A stretch of 62,968 nt of DNA, counting the filler, from Chiloscyllium plagiosum (lineage: Eukaryota): NCBI RefSeq assembly GCF_004010195.1. It is 4 parts of one record of this genome, joined end to end, with 100 filler letters (N's around TTAATTAATTAA, not from the genome) between each part and the next. Parts side by side here need not be neighbours in the genome. Positions count along the whole stretch, not along the records: positions 34,354 to 51,478 come from NC_057713.1; positions 51,579 to 62,968 come from NC_057713.1; 2 more parts are not named here. One strand, written 5' to 3'. Below are positions 49,382 through 59,786 of the stretch, in pieces; the stretch's first letter is position 1; each line of letters starts with the position of its first letter. The position numbers and the translations under genes were made by a program. The notes under the pieces were generated by a model that saw only the letters and a program-made list of their open reading frames with translations, searched no databases and was not told the DNA's origin.

Positions 49382-50889
49382 GGGGGATTCAAGATGGCGA
49401 CGATCTGAAGAGATCAGCCTTGCTGAGCTCTGCACCCCACCCCAGGGAAGTAATATTTTTCCACCTCCCACCTCAGTTTCTTTGGAAAAGATTATTGTTA
49501 AATGGTAATACAAACATTTAAATCCTTTTTTGAGCATGGGAAAATGACGAAGGGGAAGCAAAACGGCCAAGTCTCAACACTCAGGGCATTCAAAACCATA
49601 GGGCGGGCCTGAGACTGTCACTGGGGCAGCAGCTGCAGCTCCCTCAGTAGCTGTGAAAGAAATGCCTGCACAGCAGAACATCGTGGGGGACTCAGGGTGA
49701 TCCGACAGCTGATCCAGGAGAGTGAGGGAAGAGACTCGGAATCAACTGGAGCCCATCCCAGCCATGCTGCAAAAGCACGAGAAGAAGTCGGAAGGACTCG
49801 GGAAGCAAGTGAAACAGATTGAGCGGCGGGCCACGGAGTCGGAGACCGAGGTGGAGTCCTCGGGGGAGGAGGGGGTAGGCGAATCCACGTCCTCGAGGAA
49901 CAGGTTTGGGCTGTGACTGAGCACAGAGATGACCTGGAAAATCGAGCTCGGAGGAACAATATTCAAGCTGTTGGCCGACTAGTCGGAGTAGAAGGTGGGC
50001 AGCAGCAAGTTTTTGTGATGATCGGTTGCCACAGTTTCTTGGCTGGGATGCCGAGGTAGACCGGGTGAAGGTTGACAGAGCTCACCCGGTTGCAGTGTAC
50101 AGATCCAGTCAGGGTCAGCGCCCCGGGTTCTGATACAATTTCAATGCTACAGGGACAAGCAGAGAGTTATGGATACTTTTAGAAGGTTAGGGAAAGGTCT
50201 GCAGGCCCTATCAGGGAACTAAGATAATGTTTTTCCAAAACTTCTCTGTGGCAGTGATCCATAAGAGGAAATCGTATGATGAGGTTAAGAGAAGGTTAAA
50301 GGACCTCGGTATTCAATATTCGCCCCGTGGGCGGCATGGTGGCTCAATGGTTAGCACTGCTGCCTCACAGTGCCAGAGACCCAGGTTCAATTCCCGCCTC
50401 AGGAGACTGACTGTGTGGAGTTTGCACGTTCTCCCCGTGTCTGCGTGGGTTTCCTCCGGGTGCTCCGGTTTCCTCCCACAGTCCAAAGATGTGCAGGTCA
50501 GGTGAATTGGCCGTGCTAAATTGCCCGTAGTGTTAGGTAAGGGGTAAATGTAGGGGTATGGGTGGGTTGCGCTTCGGCGGGTCGGTGTGGACTTGTTGGG
50601 CCGAAGGGCCTGTTTCCACACTGTAAGTAATCTAATCTAATCTATTCAATGTGATACCCAACTGTGCTCCTCTTACTTATGAAGAAACTGTGTAGTCGTT
50701 TGATTCCTTGCAGCAAGCCAAAAAAGTTTGGACACTTTAAAATAATGTAGATGTATTTATGGACATGAACAATAGTGTCTTGCTTTTATTTCTTGTACTT
50801 TCACTCTTTTCCCAAAGAAGCTGTTGTTGGTGGGTTTTTATTCTCTCTGAGCTGGAGTGGTATTGATATATTATCAGGGGTGGGCAGAG
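49382..50889 (+). mobile_element. L1/Tx1-group LINE 5' portion: 5' UTR plus decayed ORF1
   Basis: Starts GGGGGATTCAAGATGGCG; coiled-coil region, then DDLENRARRNNIQAVG and FFQNFSVAVIHKRKSYDEVKRRLKDLGIQYS|MxYPTVL (L1 ORF1/Transposase_22 motifs); interrupted by an HE1 SINE. Confidence 0.75.
50322..50642 (+). mobile_element. HE1-type V-SINE inserted in L1 ORF1
   Basis: Full-length, CpG-rich (young) copy; TATTC repeated at 50317-50321 and 50643-50647, and removal restores ORF1 GIQYSM. Confidence 0.88.
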
Positions 50890-51044
50890 TACTCTGGATA
50901 GCTGGTACACTGTGTATCTGCATGCGAGTGAGTCGAGCTGAGGTTGCAGAGCCATTTAGTAGCTGAATAATAAACAATGGCCCCTCAGAAAATGGGAGGA
51001 ACCAGGAAATGGCAGATGAGTTGAAATAAATACAATAACTATCA

Positions 51045-51478
51045 TTAGAGACACTCTACAACTGTAGTGTCTCCCACCCGCCCTCCTCCTCTCACCTAGT
51101 TAATAAGGTAAGGTTCATTCTAAACTTTCTCTATTGAATATAAGTTTGTTATTAATTTTATAGCAACTTGAACTAAGCTTTCTACTTTAGTACTGAGTGC
51201 GTGTTCAGATAAGTCGGGTATGGATGCTAGGGCAGTTGCTTACTCCTCCTGCAGAATGTGGCAGGTGGGAGACAGGGCACCCAACTCCAGCTCCTTGAAA
51301 ACCGTGTTAGGGAATTGGAGCTGGAGCTGGATGAACTACGGATCATTCGGGAGGCTGAGGGGGTAATTGAGAGGAGTTACCTGGAGTTGGTCACTCCTAA
51401 GGCTCAGGACAAGGATAGATGGGATACAGTTAGGGGGAGGAAAGGGCCCAGACAGACAGTGCAGAGATCCCCTGTGGA
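51045..51478 (+). mobile_element. CR1/HER1 LINE 5' UTR and ORF1 start (cut by spacer)
   Basis: gacactctaca...tgtagtgtctcccacccg hairpin-like UTR; ORF1 MDARAVAYSSCRMW...QLQLLENRVRELELELDELRIIREAEGVIERSY (zinc-finger/leucine-zipper type). Confidence 0.75.
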
Positions 51479-51578
51479 NNNNNNNNNNNNNNNNNNNNNN
51501 NNNNNNNNNNNNNNNNNNNNNNTTAATTAATTAANNNNNNNNNNNNNNNNNNNNNNNNNNNNNNNNNNNNNNNNNNNN
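51479..51578. other. Artificial contig-join spacer N44-TTAATTAATTAA-N44
   Basis: Same construct as 22811-22910. Confidence 0.95.
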
Positions 51579-51589
51579 AAACTTTTCAT

Positions 51590-51950
51590 GATCAGACATC
51601 TCAAAATTAACTTACTGTTTGTAAAATACTTATGTAATAACTGCTGTAATGTAGGAAAAGTGACAACCAGTTTGCACACAGCCAATCCTTTCAAAACAGC
51701 AGTGATAATGATCAGATAACCTGTTCTTGTGATGTTGTTTCAGGAATAAATATTGGCAAGGACAGCAGGAATTTCTCTCCTATCCATTTTCGAAACAGTG
51801 CCATAGGATCATTCACATCCACCACAAGCAGAGGACTCGGCTTAGCCAGTCATGTGAAAGATGGAACCTTTAACAGTGACTGCACTCTCTCAGCACTGTA
51901 ATGGAGTACGATCCTTGGTTTCCATACTCAAGCCTTAGTGGGACTGAAAT
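51590..51950 (-). mobile_element. Deu-domain SINE (SacSINE1-like)
   Basis: gtaatgtaggaaa...tttgcacacagc...gataatgatcagata...aatattggcaaggaca...agtgccataggatc...ctcagcactg. Confidence 0.6.
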
Positions 51951-54789
51951 CTAGAAAAAAAAATGTATAAAGGAAAGAATGGATACAGGAAATTGATGAA
52001 TTCAACAGCATTGGAAATAAGATAGGATATGGCCTGGTACTCAGCTCAAAGTTAACAGAATAATGCTAAGATCCAATCTCAACTCAGATAAAAATAAGTG
52101 AGTTGGGTGCTACAGAAGGCAGTTTCAGTTGGCTGTTGAACAAAAGATTGGTGTCTTGCTATTGCTGAAGAAGGTGGAGAATGTTTTTCAACATTAGATC
52201 TTTATGCCAACCAGTCAAACTGCATGTGGATTAGGAGTCAAGACCAGTAACAGCAAATTTAAACTGAATTACATATAAAAGCTAATCCCCATGCCCACAA
52301 AAGGTATATTCTTGGAGAATTTTGCAAGAAAGAATACGGGGGCTTGAAACTGAACAAAGGATTAGGAGGAAGATAACTGGGGCAAAGGTCGCCAAGTCAT
52401 CACGGGCAACTAGGGGGGAGTTGGAAAACAAGCATCGCTTTTGGCAATTAAAGTAGGTAGCTCAACTGCGTATTTGGTTAGACCACACCTAGAGTTGTGC
52501 ACACAGTTTTGGTCTCCTTATCTCAGGATAGATATTATTGGATCATCAGGCTTGTTCTAGGCATGCCCAGAGAGATTGGGCAAACTGGGCCTATATTTTG
52601 TTTTAAAGAGTTTAGTAAAATTAGAATCAGATGTACAGCATGGAAAAAGACCTTTCAGTCCAACTTGTCCATGCCAACCATGGACTTCACTGACACTTAG
52701 CAAAACCTTAAAAAAGGACCGGTAGATACTGTGTGGGGAGTCTGGAACTGGAACACAATTTAAAATAAATGATAAATGCCACTGTTGGTCTGAGATGGAG
52801 AGATTCATTTTTAAAACTCAGTGGGTTATGAACTGTTGGAATTCTCTACCACAGAGGGCTGTGAAAGCTCAGTACGTTTAAAGTTAGAGACAGGGTTAGA
52901 GAGTAATATATTTCGGATTATCAATGGTATACAGGGTTACGGGGATGAGATGGGTAAAAGCTCTATTCGATCAGCCATTATCACTTATATGCAGGGCAAA
53001 CTTGATAGGCTGACTGGCCTCCTCTTGTTCCTAAGTCCAATTTCAGGATTTTAAAAAAAAATTTCTTCAACACTATGTGCACAATTAAGCAAACCAGAGG
53101 GATCAAATATAGGAAATCCTTTGATAAGTCAACAATAGTGATGTAGATCACAATTTTGTAACAAATTTTGAAATAAACACCGTCGTTGGTCAAATTTGTC
53201 TTCCTTAGAAAAAAAATTATTTCCATGGGTTGCAACATTATTCAAGTGTTCCATTAAAAGTTTCATTATTAATTTTAATGCTCTTTGTTGCACAGCAACA
53301 GAAAGACCATTGCTACACGTCATACAAATACAAAACTAAGAGTATAGCACTTGGAAAGTCTTTATGTTCAAATACATTGTAGTTTTAAAAAGAAACTATT
53401 ACATTTCAAGATATTGCACGCATAGATATCATAAGACCACAACTACTACAAATACATTTCTGTGAATAATATATTTTAAATGTTCTTTTAAAAGCAAATT
53501 AAGTTTACCTTGTTACAACCACTGTAGCCTTAAGGAGGGGTGCAGAATTATAGAGGGATTTATTGTGGGGGGAGGGTGCAGTTAATTGAAAGTTCTAAAG
53601 CAAGTTGCCAATCTGAAGATTCAAGGAAGAAATTAAAACTTAACAAAGCTATCTTTTCTTGATTTCTGAATTATTACTTTCAGTAGATTTGATCTGGAGG
53701 TCATTTGTGAATTCTTTACCTTAACTCTAAACCATTCAGAATTAGAGTTACAGTAAATTTTAGTCTTGCACAGAAAATCTAAAAACTACTTCACAAAGAA
53801 ACAATTGAGAACCTACTCGATCAAATGCCACTACCTGAAAAGATTTACTAATAAGAATCCTGTCTAAATGTTCGACGCTGAATTCTGTATGATTTACGTA
53901 TTTACTTGCATTATTAAGATAATTAACACCAAGATATCACTGCAATTTTCATTAAATTACTGTGCTTAAAGTTGATAAAGTTTTTAACTTTAAAAAGATA
54001 AATCTGATTTTTTTTCTTTTAGATGCTTTATGTACATATCTGTTTTTTGGTATTTAAAGCAACTTTGACTTCAATTTACTGCACAGTGTAATTTAGCCCT
54101 ACTGGCCTATCCCAATGCTTGTACTCCACAAGACTCCTCCCACTACAATTCAGCTAAACGTACAAGCATATTCTTCCAATCCTTTCTTATTTGGCTTCTC
54201 CTTAGGAGGGACTCATTAGGTATAGAGAACTAATGGAAAGAACAGCCATGATTTGAGTGAATGGAGGAGCAGGCCAGAGGTGCTGAGTGGCCTACTCCTG
54301 TTTCTACATTCTGATCCCTTCAATACAGAAGTGGCTTGCAAGGAACTAATGTAGTGACTCATTTAACATGAAACACAAGTATGATTTCACTTTGTTACAC
54401 ACTTTTTGAACAACACATGCGTGAAACTCAATGGTTCTTCTGACAGTATTGTCACTGGAAAGACTGTGGATTCAACACTCGATATCTGGCATGTCATAAA
54501 CATAATAGAAAAAAAGTCACATGCTATGCACATAACCCAAACTGATTCAAATATTGTTCACCACTAACTAGACAAATCTTTAACAGATCTATAGAACCAA
54601 GCTCTGTGTATCATTTCTCAGCCTCGGTTTGAATGTTTACAGCATCTGTGGAAACAGAATGCCTATTTCATTTCAATTTGACATAAATTATTCAATTCAA
54701 CTTTTGCATCTTATATCAGAACTAAAGCTAAAACTCTACGTCAAAAGCAAAATCAAAGTCTTGGGAGCTGTGATGCATAAATTTAATAC

Positions 54790-55215
54790 CTCACAAAAAG
54801 GTAGCATATGGGCTAGATTACTGGACTAGCAATCCAAAGGCCTAGACTAATGATTCAGACACATGCACTCAAAACCTACTAACTGCATCCAGTGAATTGA
54901 AATTCATTAATTAAATCAAAATCTGGAATTTAAAAAAAAAACATAATATCAGCAATTGCAGCCATCAGATTATTGCAAACTCTCTCTGATCCATTCCTGC
55001 TCTTTAGGAAACAGATTTGGCCTGCTTACCCAGCCCAAATTGTATGAAACACCAGACTAACATGAGTGCAAAGATTCTTAAACTGCCTTCTGAAATCACC
55101 TAGCACATCACTATATTGTATTCAAAAAGGCAGTTCACCACCATTTTCTCAGAGAGAGACAGCGAGACAATAAATGATGTCATGCCAGCAAAGTCCACAA
55201 CCAATGAATGAATAA
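54790..55215 (+). mobile_element. tRNA-derived SINE, second family (decayed)
   Basis: actggactagcaatcca head, aatctggaatt, tail acaataaatg...gccagcaaagtccaca. Confidence 0.5.
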
Positions 55216-55519
55216 ATAAGTATTCAATGAAGGACCATCCAACATTTCCTCAAAGTGTTTAAACTAAAAGTAGACAATTGAGAAAAAGAGAAAGGTGTGC
55301 AAGAAACAGAACATTCTATTTTGTATTTGTATCTACATTTATCTCAGGAGTACATGGCAGTGACAATCGCAGATTTCCAAATGACTTTGATCTTCTTCGG
55401 TAGTAAGTTTATATTGAGGAGGACTTGTTTCGACTCCAATTCAATGTGCTCTGAAATAGCTGAGAAGTCCATTGTCCAATCTGAAGATTTTGCCATATTT
55501 GGGTCAGGTGGTGCTTGAA

Positions 55520-56010
55520 AGGTTGGGCAAATAGGTTTTCTTGAGAGTGTTGCACTCCCTCCAACAATTAAACTTTTCCATAAGCATATCCCAAAGTCTG
55601 CATTCAGTGCTTTCCAAAATTAGCCTTCATTTTTGTCAGCCATAAGCCAGGGTCTTGTGAGGTTGAAGGTAATTGAGCTCTTCACCAATGCTTTGAGACA
55701 ACCCTAAAGCATTTCCTCGTGGCAATCCCCTGCCATGGCAAAATTTCAATTAATGCATTTGTTCCAGAAGTCTGGTGTGAGGCATATGAATGTCACTTTC
55801 CAACCAACAGAGCTGAGGTACATGTCTTGCTGCTGGGCACATTGGATTGGAAGAGGAGATGCTGTTATTGGACCACCTTTCTTGCCACCAGATTTGGAGG
55901 ATCTTGTAAAGGGACTACATGGGTTAATTCTCCAGGGCAATACCAAACCTGTCTCTATGCAATTGTAGATTTTCAACACTGTAGTTCAGTTTGGTGAAGG
56001 ACACTTGCTA
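55520..56010 (-). mobile_element. RTE-clade LINE 3' fragment (decayed)
   Basis: Minus frame LYKILQIWWQERWSNNSI...QLCWL...HMPHTRLLEQ...HGRGLPRG resembles the RTE ORF2 C-terminus. Confidence 0.6.
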
Positions 56011-56831
56011 AAAGCTTGGACAAAAAAAACTAGTTCCCCATGTGTGGAAGCAAATTAAAAGGTTAATGTGCCAGCTATTTGAATGCTTACACGCTCAATC
56101 TCATACTCAAAATGTCTGTAACTACACATCCCTATGCTGCTCTGTAAACTACTATAAAAGCTCTGCAAAGCATTTCTTAAAAAAAAGTTAACATTCAAGG
56201 CTGATTTGTAAAACAAAGTTAGTTAAAGTACTGAAGTAACTCATTATCTAGCCAGACGCATAACTCAAGATACTTTCTGCTTGTAATTGATCCTACAATC
56301 CTAAAAAATAATCAGATTTCCTAATGTAACTCATATTTGTAACACTTCATGATATATAAATATATACACGCATCACTAAATACTATTACAATATAATAAA
56401 TTTAAGTCATCTAACACGAGTGATGAGCTAAACTAATCTTTTCAAATCCAAACATCAAACTTGCCCTTCAAAATATTTGTAAACGCCTTTTTTTCGAAAA
56501 AGTAAAACCGTATATAAAGAAAAAATACAAACGTACCATATCATCACTAACAAAAGATTGAGGGTCGATCCCATTTAAAACTTAAATGGCTGCTCGCAGC
56601 ACTCCGTCTTTCCAGCCAGAGGCATGCATCTATCTAGTCGTCAGATAACACATTTCGTTTGGTTAACTATATCTAATACAACATTAGGATCAAGAGTCAT
56701 TCTGCACCTCGATTTCACAAATACAACCCGTATATTACACTCCTGTATTCCACCTCCATAACTGGAAGCGAGACCTCTGCAGCCTTGCACGGTAGCTCGA
56801 TGTGGGGCAGGTAGATTTCTCTGAATCTTAC

Positions 56832-57126
56832 TCATTCAACATGCTAGCCGATTATTTGCAACGTAATGAAAGTGACTTTTATCCCCATCAACAGACGGTT
56901 GTGTTTTTTTTAATTCAAAATTTATATTACACCACCAAGAGAAAAAGATTTTAATACCCCAAAAAATAACAATCAAGAGTCACTCTTTAAGACAACAGAA
57001 GAGGGGGGAGGAAAACTTGGCGCAAGCAAAGCACAGGATAGCTCCAGTCTTTCTTATAATTACTGTCAATGACCGGAGTCAAATTAAGCTGCCATCTTAG
57101 GTTAAGAGCGATTCTTTGTGTACAGC
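56832..57126 (-). other. Candidate second 5' exon (UTR, possibly ending in a start codon)
   Basis: Acceptor gttttctctctggacag| at 57127 and donor ATGTTGAATGA|gtaaga at 56831; an alternative donor gatATG|gtacgt lies at 56536. Unique, repeat-free sequence with retained CpGs. Confidence 0.25.
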
Positions 57127-58608
57127 CTGTCCAGAGAGAAAACGCTGACCAAACAAACGAAGCTGCTGTTCTTCTCAGGAGAAAAAAAAAGTTAGTCTAC
57201 TGAGAAACGTCTGGAAATAGTTCGAAAATTCACTGGCCTTATAGTGGATAACACAAATCTAAAGGTTGACCTGTAAGTTTGTTTTATTTTAAAAGTGTGT
57301 GCGCATGTTTCTCTCTCCCCCCCACCCCCTCGAACAAAGAGGTTTACAATGTGTGAATGTGTGTCCTTGCCGCCGAAGACAACGACAAACATGGATGATT
57401 AAGCCTTGATGATGGTGGTTGGTGAAATGTTGGGCGAGTGCTTCAATGCTGTGGGATCTTCCCCTGCCCTGAACATTCCCTATTGCCCCCCTCACCTTGA
57501 TTTTTTTTCTCTCCTTACTAGTTCACAATGCACGTGTTTTCTGTCCTCCCCTGAACTCAGCTTTGAAATACATACACAAACACGCGCTCACACCAAGATT
57601 TTAAAAGAAACAATCGGCTTATTTTGAAGATGGAGCAAATGAATGAATGAAAAAAGTCGATTTGCACAGTTCCACGTCTGACTTGAGCTTTACAGAGGTA
57701 CAAAGTGACTAAAAGCCCAGCTTAACAACTACACACTCCATTCTGTTGCGAAAGACCCGAGGTCTTTCAGACCACGTTCTGCACTATTATCAAAAAAAAG
57801 GGAGATTAAAACCACCGGCTGGACCAAGAGTGAGCGACAACTAACCAAGACTGAGAGCGACCACAAAGAGAAGCGCCTTTTTAATCTCAGCCTTTTCTGG
57901 TGGCTGTTACTCAAACACGACTAGCAAAGGAAACAGTAACGGAAACATTAAACACGCCGTTTGAGCTTGAAGTGGAATAATCTCTCTCCCCCCCCCCCCC
58001 CCCCCGACTCTCAGAGAGAGAGGAAAAAAAAAGCGAGAATGATGTGTAAAACTGCTCCCGTTCTGATCTGGTACCCTCCCCAGCCGGTTTATCTCTGTGT
58101 GTGTGTGTGTGTGTGTGACCCCCCCGGCCGCCGCGGTGCCTGTGAGAAACTAGTTCAAACCATTTCGACTCCACTCCAAATGACCTCAGGGAACCACCAA
58201 GTACCCAAACCACACACAGACAGACACAGAGAGAGAGAGCAGAAACTTACTCTAAACCCACAACCATCTCACACACACACACACGGGGGGGGGGGGGGGA
58301 GGTAAGGCCCGACACTCATTTATTAGAGAGAGAGAGACAGTGAACTCCGTGCTGGCCGTGAGGGACAGGGAGGAGGTGGTGGTGGTGGTGGAGGAGGACA
58401 GCTCTCCCCTCTCTATATTAATGAAATGTTAATGGCTGCTTTAGCCAGCGGCTACGGCACTCTCCTCTCACCCAGCTCCTGCTAGTTAGTGATCTCGCTG
58501 ACCGCCTGCCCCCCCCCCCCCATCTTTATTTACACTCAAATTTCCTCTAACTCGACCGACTCTCTCACACACAAACACAAACACACTCACACTTCTCTTC
58601 GTACTTAC

Positions 58609-59110
58609 TTTGTTGGTGTTCCTTTTTTTAAAAAAAAAAGGTATTTTCCCCCTCACTCGCGTTCCTAAATCTCCTCCAGTTAAATTCACTGCTTTTATAA
58701 TATTTTTTAAACAGTTTATTACAGGTTATTTTTCTCTCTTCCCCCGGCGGCGCTCCCACTCGTGTTTTATACTTGTGATAATCTTCTCACTCGCCGCCTG
58801 TCCTCATTCACTCCCTTTGTGTTATTTCTCTCTCACCAGAAGTTGGAGCCCCGGCTTCCCCCGCGCGTGCCCGCCGCCGCTTCTTCCCTCCTCCCCCTGA
58901 GAGCTCCAAACCCGCGCGTGCGCGTCCACCACAACCCGCGCGGCCCCGCCACTCCTTCCTCCCTCCCCGTCAAACCCAACGGACAATCCGGCTCGCCCCT
59001 CCCCCACCATCCCAGTTGCGTACGCGTCACCCCCGTCCCCGCGGCTTCCCAGCAACCTCCGGCCCCCACTCCCCGACTAACCCGGAGGGCGTTCTCGCGC
59101 CGACGCAACG
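58609..59110 (-). other. Candidate non-coding first exon (5' UTR) of an unidentified minus-strand gene
   Basis: Runs from the promoter motifs to the donor AAA|GTAAGT at 58609/58608; an alternative donor AGA|GTAAGT lies at 58251/58250. The TSS is only estimated. Confidence 0.35.
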
Positions 59111-59300
59111 TGCGCGCATCCTGTGTGTCACGTCAGAGGGGCTGCTTTGCATATGCGCCCATTGCCGCCCCCGGATTGGACGTTTAGCCACCCCCGCCGC
59201 GCGCGCGGGCGGTGAGAGAGGGCACGCGGCCGCGAGCGCCAGGAAACGGGATTCTATTTTGAAAAAAATTCAAACGGCAGGATTCGGGACGTTAACGGCG
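58740..59300 (-). promoter_or_regulatory. CpG island / probable RNA polymerase II promoter, likely firing leftward (minus strand)
   Basis: Abrupt GC- and CpG-rich, repeat-free block in CpG-depleted DNA. It contains a CCAAT box (ATTGG 59175-59179), GC box (CCGCCC 59165-59170), octamer-like ATGCAAAG (59145-59152, minus), CRE-like TGACGTGA (59128-59135, minus) and TGCGCGCA (59111-59118). Minus-strand GTAAGT donors follow at 58608 and 58250. Confidence 0.7.
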
Positions 59301-59572
59301 TGCCCATTTTTGTTGTTTTCCTCTTTCCTCTTTAGCAATTCACATCAAGCTAAAGCATAACACATGTTTCCAATGTATTGCGGTTACACAAGACCCAGAA
59401 ACCTCACTTATAATCGAGAGATCAAAAGCCCTTCCTCTTGGAACCAGTGCTTCCAACCACACATTCATTGGCGTAATGTGTACTCAGAGTAACGAGGGGA
59501 TCAGCTTTTCAAATCCCTCCCTGATTTGCCAAATTGTATGTTTCGGAAGTCATTGCTGTTATAATCTGTTAT

Positions 59573-59786
59573 TGTCATGACGTCAGTCAGGTGGCCCTCA
59601 GAGGATATGAGTTCCCTGATTGCAGCTGTTAATCTGATCCAATCAGGAAGCTCTGTTTGAAATAAAAGGATGAATGGCAGGGATATTGAGATGCCAAATG
59701 TCTGACTCAACGAGAGTAAACGACCAAAGTATTTGCAAATAAAGGGTGATGAATGACAGCATGCCGGTCCCTGAAGAATGATTTCG
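59573..59786 (+). mobile_element. LTR, same family, just upstream of the CpG island
   Basis: TGTCATG...gagttccctgattg...ccaatcaggaagc...aaataaagggtga...atttcg. Confidence 0.6.

Larger units (their letters stand above)
49059..51033. repeat. 144-bp inverted duplication (49059-49202 / 50890-51033) bracketing the L1 fragment
   Basis: The arms are reverse complements differing by one substitution and two 1-nt indels. Confidence 0.9.

Noticed and set aside
58762..59360. Pro/Arg/Gly-rich ORFs in the CpG island
   Set aside because: Expected stop-codon scarcity in GC-rich DNA; no recognisable protein.
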